A DNA stretch of 64,000 bases from a virus. Its lineage: Duplodnaviria > Caudoviricetes. The notes beneath the pieces are model-generated. The model saw nothing but the letters and a program-made list of their open reading frames with translations, ran no database searches and had not been told where the DNA came from. The stretch is taken from IMG/VR virus record IMGVR_UViG_2845860650_000005, positions 55,422 through 119,421 of that record; one strand, given 5' to 3'. The translations under genes and the position numbers were made by a program. Positions 19,655-28,793 of this stretch are shown piece by piece (the stretch's first letter is position 1; every line of letters begins with the position of its first letter).

Positions 19655-19966
19655 ATCTAATTCCTGCTTTATGTGTATTAATTTGTATCTGCTTACTCAG
19701 CACCCCAAAAACACAACACCTTCAAAAGCGCGATTTAGCAGAGGTAATTTTTTGCTTAACTTTAGGTAACTTGATTCAAAACAAGACAAATCAAGAGTTT
19801 TGTGAAAAGTTGGCTTTTCATCAGTCCCTCTCTATGGTTTTTTGAGCCTCTGCACTTTGGCAATTGTGCCAATTTATTGAAGTTTGTGAATTCTGCAAAA
19901 ACCCCCGCAAACCTTATCCTCAAAGCATCATCACCAGAATTGACGATTAAATCTGCAATACAAAAT

Positions 19967-20287
19967 TTAGTCTTGGTCAAGAGTCAAGTGTACGGTGACT
20001 CTATGTCTATTTTTGTACTGGTTTTGTAGGTGATGTAACTTTTGCTCAATACTGCTTTGGTGTTTTTGGAACAACTTTTCAAGTTCCTCTTTCGAGGTGT
20101 TGTTGAATTGTTCCCGGCTGTGGATTCCTGGTTTAATTCCAAGGAAAGTTCTGATTTCGAGAACTCTTCGGACTTCGCCCCAGGATAAATGGTTATTCCC
20201 AAATAATCCCAAAGCCTTTAGGTCTTCATTTATTGTGTCCCGACTTTGGATGTCTAAAAGCTCGCGGCATTCTTTGATTGTTGGCAT
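19967..20287 (-). CDS. HTH DNA-binding protein heading the FtsK operon
   Basis: TIKECRELLDIQSRDTINEDL. Confidence 0.6.
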   Translation of the reverse strand: MPTIKECRELLDIQSRDTINEDLKALGLFGNNHLSWGEVRRVLEIRTFLGIKPGIHSREQFNNTSKEELEKLFQKHQSSIEQKLHHLQNQYKNRHRVTVHLTLDQD

Positions 20288-20542
20288 GACTATTGGGCGG
20301 TTTTTCTAAGTTCCTCTTTTACCTCTTGCCACGACCGATTTGTTGAAAGTTGCTGAGCATTTTCAATTAATTTTTTATAGTTGGCGCTCGTACCGTCGCC
20401 GCGTGCTGAATTGATTGCGAATATTTCAGCTTGTTGAGTATCGCTAAGTTTGTTCATATTTGTTCGTCGAAGGCTTGAACACTTTCATACTAAAAAACCC
20501 ATCAAAGATGGGCAAGTTCAAAATGGTAGTAACAATGGTGTT

Positions 20543-20809
20543 TCAGTCTTTGATGCCTGAATTATGCGCTTCAAAAAATAAAACAGAAGTATGGTATTCT
20601 CGTTCTTCTTTGTCTTGAATAACCACTTCTGCGTTATCAAGATAAGCATTACGCATTGCCCACCCACCTTTTCTGATATACTGATTAGCTATTTTGAGCT
20701 TTATTTCAAATGGATATCGGATTCTACTGCCATCAACTGTATCGACTAAAGCTACGATCTCGTCGCCATCAGTAAGTTGTTTGCACAACTGAATTACGTA
20801 AGATTTCAT
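20543..20809 (-). CDS. hypothetical protein
   Basis: ATGA overlap. Confidence 0.55.
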   Translation of the reverse strand: MKSYVIQLCKQLTDGDEIVALVDTVDGSRIRYPFEIKLKIANQYIRKGGWAMRNAYLDNAEVVIQDKEEREYHTSVLFFEAHNSGIKD

Positions 20810-21006
20810 GCCGATATCAATTGCTCCGAACTCAATTGCTGGTCAATTTTATTTGCCAAGATGAATGCCATTTTGGGAGGGTTGCGATAATTGCTAGCAG
20901 TTTTACTAAATGCCCATCGGCGTACTTCCGCTTCAGTCAGTCCAAATTCTCCGGCCAACTGATGGTAAGACCAATGGTGCTTTCTCATTAAGTCGATTGG
21001 GTGCAT
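20806..21006 (-). CDS. Cro/XRE-like HTH protein
   Basis: WSYHQLAGEFGLTEAEVRRW; AGGAG RBS. Confidence 0.7.
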   Translation of the reverse strand: MHPIDLMRKHHWSYHQLAGEFGLTEAEVRRWAFSKTASNYRNPPKMAFILANKIDQQLSSEQLISA

Positions 21007-21175
21007 ACTTGAATTGCTCTCCTGTGAGTTGTAAATAGCGAACAGGCGGGAAGTCCTGGAAGATGTCTCGCACACATCTCCAGGGCGCTTTTTGAGTATC
21101 TTACCACGGTTTAAAATTTTTAGATAAATTTGCCATCACATAAGGTAAACTAGTGGCAAGAATAGACCTTAGAAA

Positions 21176-21688
21176 ATGGCATATCAATTCTCACTTACCT
21201 ATTACTACATCACTCAAGAACATGACGATTACCTTACTTCATTCAGCGAAGCATCGGGGGATAGTCGGCAAACACTAGTTATGCAGTACGTTCGCGGATG
21301 GTTGGGACGCAACCGCAAATATTACGAACAGCTAGCAAAGATTGATGTAGCTAAAAGGGAAATGGATATTGATGAGTGGGTGAATGTAGTTATAAATGAT
21401 GGTTTTGCTGGAATGCCTGACTATAGATATCCAATAGCGGATGGCGATATACCCCCCAATCCCCTTGGGCATATTGTCTTACCTGGAAATATGGAAAGGC
21501 GAGATATCAACTACATTCATTTGACCAAGCAAAACTACATTTTGCTAAGAACGGGCATTCATTTTGATGGTGGGCGAATTGCTCACTTCATGTCAAAAGT
21601 TGTCCACGAACACTTATTTAGGAACTGGCAGGTACTTTACCTGCCACAAATTCAAGCCGAAACTTCAAATGATTGGTTAAAGGAGTAA
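21176..21688 (+). CDS. putative regulator with two RHH-like repeats, divergent from the Cro-like gene
   Basis: 170 aa; two strand-helix-helix segments. Confidence 0.55.
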   Translation: MAYQFSLTYYYITQEHDDYLTSFSEASGDSRQTLVMQYVRGWLGRNRKYYEQLAKIDVAKREMDIDEWVNVVINDGFAGMPDYRYPIADGDIPPNPLGHIVLPGNMERRDINYIHLTKQNYILLRTGIHFDGGRIAHFMSKVVHEHLFRNWQVLYLPQIQAETSNDWLKE

Positions 21689-21692
21689 GACA

Positions 21693-22025
21693 ATGGTAGC
21701 AACCCCAGCTAATAGCGAATTGACTTTAGAAAAAGTCACTGCCGCGATCGCACTTATCTTAGAAGAACTTGGCGAACCACAAAATGAAGCACAGCGCCAA
21801 GGCTTATCGGCTTATAAGTCTGGTAATCAGACATTTGTGAAGAGGTTATCGCTAGTAAACCCAACCGACTATTTCCTTAAATCGTTGGGGTATTTGGGAG
21901 GAGCATTAAAGCTGACACCCAACACAGACACGATTCTTGCAGAGTCTCTGCGCGCAGCTGTCGATCATCGCAGAGAAGCAAAGTTGCAGGAGTTGGGCTT
22001 CAAAATTGGTGAAATTCTAGATTGA
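21693..22025 (+). CDS. hypothetical protein
   Basis: AAGGAG RBS. Confidence 0.7.
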   Translation: MVATPANSELTLEKVTAAIALILEELGEPQNEAQRQGLSAYKSGNQTFVKRLSLVNPTDYFLKSLGYLGGALKLTPNTDTILAESLRAAVDHRREAKLQELGFKIGEILD

Positions 22026-22040
22026 GAATTTTCTTAGTGA

Positions 22041-22400
22041 ATGAGCGAGATCGCGCTCATTCACATTAAAAAACCCAGCTTTAATGCTGGGATCGCAGTT
22101 GAGTTTTACATACCTAAATTGATGATTAACCATTTTTACGATCCTTTAGCCCATTCGCCCCAAGAAAACCAACAGTATTTGATTGAGTTGGTCAAAGAAA
22201 TGCGATCGCTTTTGGTGGAGATGCAGCACGGTGAAGAAGATTATTTGCGTTCCTCGAAAGATACTAGAGCAATGCTGCTGGCTGTTATATCAGAGGCGGA
22301 AAAATGCTTAAAGCCATCCGAAGAACCTAGTCGAAAAGATGAGATTGTAGTTGATTATGGGTTTAACCCAGAGCATTTACAGCGTATTTTAGGTGAATGA
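22041..22400 (+). CDS. hypothetical protein (start uncertain)
   Basis: 119-aa ORF. Confidence 0.5.
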   Translation: MSEIALIHIKKPSFNAGIAVEFYIPKLMINHFYDPLAHSPQENQQYLIELVKEMRSLLVEMQHGEEDYLRSSKDTRAMLLAVISEAEKCLKPSEEPSRKDEIVVDYGFNPEHLQRILGE

Positions 22401-22455
22401 GGTACATGGTAAAGGCGAACGTCCGTTCGCCTTTACAATAGTCTGTACCTTATAA
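22399..22455. repeat. cyanobacterial REP-like palindrome
   Basis: GTAAAGGCGAAC-GTCC-GTTCGCCTTTAC within AGGTACA...TGTACCT. Confidence 0.65.
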
Positions 22456-22849
22456 ACTCCGAATCTGCTGTGTATGACCGTTGAAGAACTGATTGAGAAG
22501 TTGCGATCGGTTTCCTTTAGATATGCAGGTTGCAATCCGCGCTAGCAATAACTGGCTGGAAATTGTATCGATATGTCGCGCTTTTGAGCATCCACCGTCT
22601 GAACCCCACAACGCTCAGACGTTAACTACAACTTTTGGTTTAACTCTCAACACGGACGCGCACCGACTTGGGCAGATGCGATGGCTCACTACTCAGAAAA
22701 GGTGCAGCAAAAGTGGATGACTCAATTTAGTAAGTGCGGAACAGATATCTATTCCGCACTTACTAACTGGCAATTTAAAATCCGAGCAAGAACTTAGCGA
22801 TCGCCTAAATTCTTGACCTGCTAAAAGTCTGGGAATGATACCATACTCT

Positions 22850-23041
22850 ATGAACCAATTAATAACTCAAGCCCAAGCAAGTCGCCTGTGGGCGATCGCC
22901 TATAAAGAACTCGGATTAAAAGAAAAAGAAGTAAGATTGGTTTTTGGAGAATTTGGAGTAACTTCCACAACCGATATTCCGCTAAATCAATACAACCAAG
23001 TTCTTCAAAGGCTCAAGGAATATGCCGATGTGGAATTTTAA
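22850..23041 (+). CDS. small hypothetical protein
   Basis: LITQAQASRLWAIA. Confidence 0.6.
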   Translation: MNQLITQAQASRLWAIAYKELGLKEKEVRLVFGEFGVTSTTDIPLNQYNQVLQRLKEYADVEF

Positions 23042-23046
23042 TAACA

Positions 23047-23298
23047 ATGACCAACCTAGATTATTCAGAGCATAGATACGCCATCATCACCCCAGACGGC
23101 AAGGGCAAATACACCCTCACTTACGATTTAGACGGTAAAGAATGGCGACATCCATCTGCCTGGGAAAGTGTTGAGCCGATCGAGGAATATATCAATCGCT
23201 TTACAAAAGAAACATCCACTAGTTTCTACAAACTTATTCGAGATTCCCCCGAAGGCAGAATTTATAGAAGAAATCGGCTCCCTAGCATCTACTTGTGA
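23047..23298 (+). CDS. hypothetical protein
   Basis: 83 aa. Confidence 0.55.
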   Translation: MTNLDYSEHRYAIITPDGKGKYTLTYDLDGKEWRHPSAWESVEPIEEYINRFTKETSTSFYKLIRDSPEGRIYRRNRLPSIYL

Positions 23299-23421
23299 GG
23301 CGTTAGCCCTTGGTTTTGTATAGGGCTAATAAATGGCATGTTCGCAGGAAAAACTAAACGTGGGGTGGGCATCTTGCCCACCCCACAATCAAATCTATCC
23401 CAACATTTAAGGCTAGACATG

Positions 23422-23543
23422 CTAGTGGTCTGTCCCATTAATTTTGCTGGGTTAATAAACGAACTGCAAAGGGCGCAAAGAGCGCAAAGAAAGAAAAATT
23501 AAGAATGAGTTTACCCATCAGAACTAATGGGACAGACCACTAG
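23422..23543. mobile_element. MITE with perfect 19-bp TIRs beside a GTGGGGTGGGCA REP-like palindrome (23359-23386)
   Basis: CTAGTGGTCTGTCCCATTA ... TAATGGGACAGACCACTAG. Confidence 0.8.
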
Positions 23544-23686
23544 TACAAACGGTTGCACGAAAAACCCAGCATCAAAGCTGGGTAGGAAATTGTAATAGAT
23601 TGATTAACTAATTTTTAACAAACCCACAGGCGCGATCGCACCCCCTCACTCCTTGTTCGTGACACTGGCAATACAAAGGTCAAGTA

Positions 23687-23908
23687 GTGCCCAAGGATTT
23701 TGATGAGTATTGGGAGAGCAATAATTTGCCTGCGATCGCGGTTCAAGCAATTATAAAATCGTTTGAACAAAAGATGAACGAACGCATTACTTACCCCCAT
23801 ACTCGTTTACAATGCACTTATCAAGAACTGCTATATTTACAATCAAAGCAAATCGCTTGGTTTTTAACTGGAGAAATTGAAGAATATTACTCACCTGATT
23901 TGAGGTAA
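23687..23908 (+). CDS. hypothetical protein
   Basis: 73 aa. Confidence 0.45.
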   Translation: MPKDFDEYWESNNLPAIAVQAIIKSFEQKMNERITYPHTRLQCTYQELLYLQSKQIAWFLTGEIEEYYSPDLR

Positions 23909-24169
23909 ATTATGTTTACAACTACTAAAACCAATAACCAACCGACAACTTTCCCGCTTGTACCTGATAGTTTAGCTTTCTCATCGCTACAAACAAAAGG
24001 GATTCATGACCATAACATAGATAAAACACTTAAATTGATTACTTTTACTTTTCATATTCAAAGCTATTCTCAAGGAGTTTATATAAATAGAAATTATTTT
24101 TCAATAAAACATTAAAAAGTTCGTGCCTTCTTCAAGGAATTCTGTTTCCTGCCCACTGAGAGCGACCAA

Positions 24170-24376
24170 AGGGAGTAAGGGTTTAAGTCCCCCACCAAAA
24201 TCGAACGCGAGTGCGTCTCGTTGGCGCAGCCTCTCGTAGAGAAGAGAAGCCTACACTGATTGCAAACCTTCTGCCTTCTGCCCTCTGCCTTCTTGTGTAG
24301 GTCTGTTCGCGTAGCGTCTCGTAGAGAAGCCCAGACTGCATTGCATCCTTCTGCCCTCTGCCCTCTGCCTTCTTCA
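24170..24376. repeat. composite TCTGCCY heptamer/SDR element
   Basis: shares GTAAGGG..TTAAGTCCCCCAC with 55753 and GTTCGCGTAGCGTCTCGTAGAGAAGCC with 52180. Confidence 0.75.
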
Positions 24377-24392
24377 CAGCTTTGACAACATA

Positions 24393-24662
24393 ATGCTTAC
24401 TTTAGAGACAGAGTTTGAAATTCAAAAAGTAAAAAAGATAGCTTTAGAACATGGTTTAAATTTTCACGCTCAAGGAACATTAAGTTTTAATGTTTTAGAC
24501 GAATATTTAGAGTGTTTAGATGAAATCTCACCTTTATTTGCCACCGTTAAATGGGATGGCAGACGATGGATTTGTAGACGTATGGGTCTATATTACACGT
24601 CGTTTTCTGCGCTTGAAACAGTTTTTCAAAAAGCCAATAGTTTATATTTTTGGGAAGAATGA
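24393..24662 (+). CDS. hypothetical protein
   Basis: 89 aa. Confidence 0.55.
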   Translation: MLTLETEFEIQKVKKIALEHGLNFHAQGTLSFNVLDEYLECLDEISPLFATVKWDGRRWICRRMGLYYTSFSALETVFQKANSLYFWEE

Positions 24663-24991
24663 TGATAGGAATTATATTAATTGATTTGCCCAGCACCATT
24701 GAAGGGGATTACTTTTTTCGTAGCGGAGAAATAGTTCAAGTTGGATATCACAGAGCAAATGGAGAACTTTGTGATGCAGAAGATGAATATCTTTGGGCAG
24801 AAAATTTCGGATGGAATCCAAAATCTAGTTTGGATTTTTTAAATGCTGATGAAGTGGCAATAGTTTTGGAAATTATCACTCAAAAAGAAGCTCACGTTTT
24901 TCTTGAGCAAGAACTTAGCAAGAAAGGCAGAGGGCAGGAGGCAGAAGGAAATTCTGATTCCTGCCCTCTGCCTTCTTCACCGATCGCCTAA
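24650..24991 (+). CDS. hypothetical protein; C-terminus derived from an AGGCAGA element (24922-24977)
   Basis: ends KGRGQEAEGNSDSCPLPSS. Confidence 0.55.
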   Translation: MGRMMIGIILIDLPSTIEGDYFFRSGEIVQVGYHRANGELCDAEDEYLWAENFGWNPKSSLDFLNADEVAIVLEIITQKEAHVFLEQELSKKGRGQEAEGNSDSCPLPSSPIA

Positions 24992-25071
24992 ATTCTTGAC
25001 AATATAAGTAACATTTTTACTTTTTGCCATAAAAGTATGTCATCAGTTCTTGACATATTTTTTTAATCATT

Positions 25072-25150
25072 AACGCAAGAATCAATATTTCACCCCTGCA
25101 TCTGGGGAGTAGTCCCCAGATGCATACCTGAAACTCCTATTATTGCGTTG
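25072..25150. repeat. ~78-nt palindromic element, inverted homolog of the 48222-48376 tandem unit
   Basis: ACGCAAGAATCA...TGCATCTGGGGAGTAGTCCCCAGATGCA...CGTT. Confidence 0.7.
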
Positions 25151-25169
25151 CACATCAAAATAAGTATCA

Positions 25170-25985
25170 TTACGGTGCTAATTTAGCCTTTTTGTATCGA
25201 TGTTCTATATACCACTCGGATAGTAGTGGGGTGTAGATTTTCATAATTTCCAAGACCATGTCTGCCATAATTCTGATTTCATCTTGGGCATTAGCTTTAG
25301 TTCTCAAATCCATCCAGTGCCACAAAGCTTCAATTGTGGATGACATTGAAAAGTCTTGCCTGAAGCATTGGGGTAGTGAGTACCTAGCATTTTCGTAGGG
25401 TTGCCCAAGCGATGTCCTTTTTTTAAAAACAACGCACCGATTATAGTATTCTGCTATATCAAACTCCCGCATAGTTTGGGTATATTCAAATGAATTGCCC
25501 TCGCGATCGCGCTGCCTACCCACTGGCGGAACATAAAAAACCTCTTCTACACTCAATTCCCCACTAGCCACCTTAATAAATCTTTCCCCGGTGTACCTAC
25601 CAGACTGGACTAAATAAGTGGTGTTCTGTTTTACAGCAAGTTCCAATGCAATCAAGTCTTCATCTAGGAGGGTGCAGCTGTCTTTGTGCCTGACAATTTG
25701 CATTACCGTATTGTGATCAAATCCTTTAAAATGAAGCACCACAAACCCGAAATTGAGAACCGAATAATGTCCCCTATCCCCAGCGAGTTGATGCTTGATA
25801 ATTGCCGACTCCGATCTAGCATTGCTGGGCGGGACATCTTCCATTGTCCAGTGGTCAGATACACACTGGTGCTGCGATCGCCAAATTCCTTTCCCTGGTC
25901 TAGGGGATGAAGCATCGGTATCCAGTGCCACAGCAAAACCGTATTTTTCACAGATACAAGTGAGGTTTTTTAATTTGTAAATCAT
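25170..25985 (-). CDS. thyX: FAD-dependent thymidylate synthase
   Basis: GHYSVL, QIVRH...QSGRY, ENARYSLP, DLRTKANAQDEIR. Confidence 0.88.
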   Translation of the reverse strand: MIYKLKNLTCICEKYGFAVALDTDASSPRPGKGIWRSQHQCVSDHWTMEDVPPSNARSESAIIKHQLAGDRGHYSVLNFGFVVLHFKGFDHNTVMQIVRHKDSCTLLDEDLIALELAVKQNTTYLVQSGRYTGERFIKVASGELSVEEVFYVPPVGRQRDREGNSFEYTQTMREFDIAEYYNRCVVFKKRTSLGQPYENARYSLPQCFRQDFSMSSTIEALWHWMDLRTKANAQDEIRIMADMVLEIMKIYTPLLSEWYIEHRYKKAKLAP

Positions 25986-26014
25986 CTACGCCATCCAAAA
26001 ACAAAACACCATGT

Positions 26015-26053
26015 TAATTCGTAATTCGTAATTCATAATTCGTAATTCGTAAT
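26015..26053. repeat. STRR (AATTCGT)n tract
   Basis: about 5 heptamers between divergent genes. Confidence 0.85.
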
Positions 26054-26082
26054 TAAAATATTCAAAGAGTTTCTTTACTACC

Positions 26083-26394
26083 ATGATTAATATCGACTTT
26101 ACAACTGAGGAACTACAAGCACTTTCAAAAGCCATTGACTTTGTTACTAACAACCCGACTCGTGGTGTTAATGAAGCGACAAGTAGTGCGATTATTAAGA
26201 TACAATCGCTTTCTACTAATATAGAATTCACACCCCAAGAAATTCAAGGGTTTGTTTCTGCCATAGGCTTTTTGAAAACTAATCCCAAATCCTGCTGGAA
26301 CGTGCATACTGAAAGTGCCTACAACAAACTTAAAATTGCACTTAATACCTATAACAAATCCCAACCCCAATTACTCGAAGTTGAAATTCTCTAA
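26083..26394 (+). CDS. hypothetical protein with internal duplication
   Basis: NI(D/E)FT.(E/Q)E.Q....AI.F...NP twice. Confidence 0.65.
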   Translation: MINIDFTTEELQALSKAIDFVTNNPTRGVNEATSSAIIKIQSLSTNIEFTPQEIQGFVSAIGFLKTNPKSCWNVHTESAYNKLKIALNTYNKSQPQLLEVEIL

Positions 26395-26396
26395 GA

Positions 26397-26609
26397 ATGG
26401 CTAAATATCAAAAGTGTCCCCGATGCTGCTTGGGTCTAATTGATCTTCCCCTTGGATGTATTGGCGAGTGTCCCCAATGCAAGGGAACCGGACAACTCCC
26501 AGAAATCAAACACTGTTGCCCGACAGGATGCGGCTACGAATTAGACCTAACATACAGTGTTATAGGCGCTCGCCCATCCATGCCTGACGATTTTTTATCC
26601 CCTAAATGA
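26397..26609 (+). CDS. Cys-rich zinc-finger protein
   Basis: CPRC, CPQCKGTG. Confidence 0.55.
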   Translation: MAKYQKCPRCCLGLIDLPLGCIGECPQCKGTGQLPEIKHCCPTGCGYELDLTYSVIGARPSMPDDFLSPK

Positions 26610-27457
26610 ATCTTCCACAATACAACTGGTGGGGGTTCGGCAAAAATGAACCTCCAGAGCATCTCAAAACCAAAAAGCAACTAGCTGGACTCAAACTCTC
26701 GCCAAAGCAACCAGTTGCCTACATCGACACGCCCAAATACACCCTCTACCTCTACGACCCCAGCAACCCCGACTCGGTAAAACCCAAGCGCCAAGCAACT
26801 CCAAAGCAACTGGCAGCACTACAAAAATTAAGAGAAAAACAACAAAAACGAAGAGAATACAGAGATTGGTGGAGATGTGAGGGTTTTATCGAGCGAGATA
26901 GAGCAAATGTCGTACAGTGGGTGCAAAAATTTTTAGAAACTGATGATTGGGTAATTTTGGATTCTGAAACTACAGGTCTTGGCGATGCCGAAATTGTGGA
27001 AATAGCCATCATTGGTTACCAAAAAGAAACACTACTTAATACTTTTGTTAAACCATCAATCCCTATACCTAACGACGCGATCGCAGTTCACGGTATTACC
27101 GACCAAATGATTGCCAATGCTCCCACTTTTACTGATATTCATCCTCAAATTGTAGAAATTCTGGATGGGAAACGCATACTTATTTACAATGCCGAAGCAG
27201 ACCGAAATTTTTTAAACTATTGCTGCAAATTATATAAACTGCCCAAAATCAAATTTAAAGACCGGACATTTTGCTTAATGACTTGGTACGCTCAATGGTG
27301 TGGCGATTATAGTAGCTATTGGGGCGACTATAGATGGCAACCATTGGGAGGAGGGCATAAAGCATTGGGTGACTGCCTAACTGCCTTTGACCGATTAATG
27401 GAGATTGCCAAAGATGACCCCAACTTTAACTTACCAGAAGAATTTAAAGATTTATGA
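26606..27457 (+). CDS. DEDDh 3'-5' exonuclease (DnaQ-like)
   Basis: ILDSETTGL, YNAEAD, HKALGDC. Confidence 0.9.
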   Translation: MNLPQYNWWGFGKNEPPEHLKTKKQLAGLKLSPKQPVAYIDTPKYTLYLYDPSNPDSVKPKRQATPKQLAALQKLREKQQKRREYRDWWRCEGFIERDRANVVQWVQKFLETDDWVILDSETTGLGDAEIVEIAIIGYQKETLLNTFVKPSIPIPNDAIAVHGITDQMIANAPTFTDIHPQIVEILDGKRILIYNAEADRNFLNYCCKLYKLPKIKFKDRTFCLMTWYAQWCGDYSSYWGDYRWQPLGGGHKALGDCLTAFDRLMEIAKDDPNFNLPEEFKDL

Positions 27458-27726
27458 ACAGAGTTTTACACCTTCCAGATGGTTCCGATATTAATCTATT
27501 GTTAATTACAGATGTTAGTCCAATTGGTGGAGATAAAGACTGGCAAAGATACGTTGTAAATTTTATTGGGGGACAAAAGATTGAGATTTATGAAAAACGT
27601 AAATATAGCGAAACTCAAATTCTAAAGCAAATGCCGCGCATCGATTTTATTAAAGCTTGGACTGCTGCAATTACTAACAATGATAATATTTACTTACCCC
27701 AAGAATACCGCGATAAATTTTCATAA
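27454..27726 (+). CDS. hypothetical protein
   Basis: ATGA overlap. Confidence 0.6.
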   Translation: MNRVLHLPDGSDINLLLITDVSPIGGDKDWQRYVVNFIGGQKIEIYEKRKYSETQILKQMPRIDFIKAWTAAITNNDNIYLPQEYRDKFS

Positions 27727-28022
27727 TGCCCAGGAAATATAATCCTAAATATACTCACTGGCTAAACCCCAATTCTACCAAACTCTCGGCTTGTGGTGTG
27801 CCCACAGGAGTTGAGGAAATATCCCAAGTTACTTGTCCTAAGTGTTTGAAAGTCATTCAAAAGCGATCGCATCTCGCTACTTTACCTAAAACTCTCTACG
27901 AAGCGGCAATTAGCGCTGTTGGTACAAATTTACCAACATGGGATGAAATGCCTAAAGATTTTCGGCATCGCTACACACAATTGGTCGTAAGCGGTATTGA
28001 ATCTGTTTTTACAAAGACGTAG
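27726..28022 (+). CDS. zinc-binding hypothetical protein
   Basis: H..CG..TCPKC; TAATG overlap. Confidence 0.6.
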   Translation: MPRKYNPKYTHWLNPNSTKLSACGVPTGVEEISQVTCPKCLKVIQKRSHLATLPKTLYEAAISAVGTNLPTWDEMPKDFRHRYTQLVVSGIESVFTKT

Positions 28023-28166
28023 ATAACATCTGCGATCGCTATAAGATAGGTTTTCGGAGTTTATGCGATCGCCTAAGATAGATAAAGTTTAAAATTTTAA
28101 CCGAGTGTAAAAAATTTTTGGCTAAATTTTACTGAAATCTATCATGTATCAAACAGATGCGATCGT

Positions 28167-28790
28167 ATGCGTACTGAACTAACTCAAAAACAGAAAGAAG
28201 CGGCTGGATATCTTGCTCAGGGATTAAACAACAATAGGACGGCGGAGGCGGTTGGGTGCGATCGCGTGACTATTGGTATTTGGAAGAAAAGCCCACTGTT
28301 TCAAGAGTATTTACAAAAATTGATTGCTGAAAGAGAGGCAGACAGAAAGAAAGCTGTAACCAAAGCAGTAATTCAAGAGGAGTTCGACCGTCGCGCTAGC
28401 ATCAACGAATGGAAGCAATGTAGAGTCGAGGCAAATAAAAAGAAGCTAGAGCGGGGAAACGAGATTGTTGAAAAAATGATGGCTCGTTTCCGCGATTTAC
28501 CTCCAGAAGCTTATCCTCCAAGTGCGATCGCACAACTCATCAAAGCAGGTGAAGATATGATGGAAGCGGCTTTTGCTGCGTGGGGAGAAACTATAGATTT
28601 AGAAGAAGCCAAGCCAACTTATACAGCAGAAATGGCAGCAGTCCAAAAGTTAGTAGATGCTGGAATTCTTCCTACTTCAATTCGTGAAGAAATTAGTGCA
28701 GCGTTAGATGAATTTGAAAAGAAAGCGGTGTCAGCGCTCAATCCTGCTAATGCATCAGTAGCAGAAAATTTATCTGAGATAAAAGTTTGA
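28167..28790 (+). CDS. N-terminal HTH protein, candidate terminase small subunit (phBC6A51-like)
   Basis: LTQKQKEAA..LAQG...TAEAVGCDRVTIGIWKKSPLF followed by helical oligomerisation-like region. Confidence 0.55.
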   Translation: MRTELTQKQKEAAGYLAQGLNNNRTAEAVGCDRVTIGIWKKSPLFQEYLQKLIAEREADRKKAVTKAVIQEEFDRRASINEWKQCRVEANKKKLERGNEIVEKMMARFRDLPPEAYPPSAIAQLIKAGEDMMEAAFAAWGETIDLEEAKPTYTAEMAAVQKLVDAGILPTSIREEISAALDEFEKKAVSALNPANASVAENLSEIKV

Positions 28791-28793
28791 AAA

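Noticed and set aside
24183-24377. 64-aa ORF (similarly 25986-26231 and 14330-14542)
   Set aside because: Made largely of heptamer-repeat translations or antisense to real genes
22798-25000. 20-bp repeat CGATCGCCTAAATTCTTGAC at about 22798 and 24981
   Set aside because: Probably HIP1 plus a -35-like box; -10 elements weak, so no promoter called
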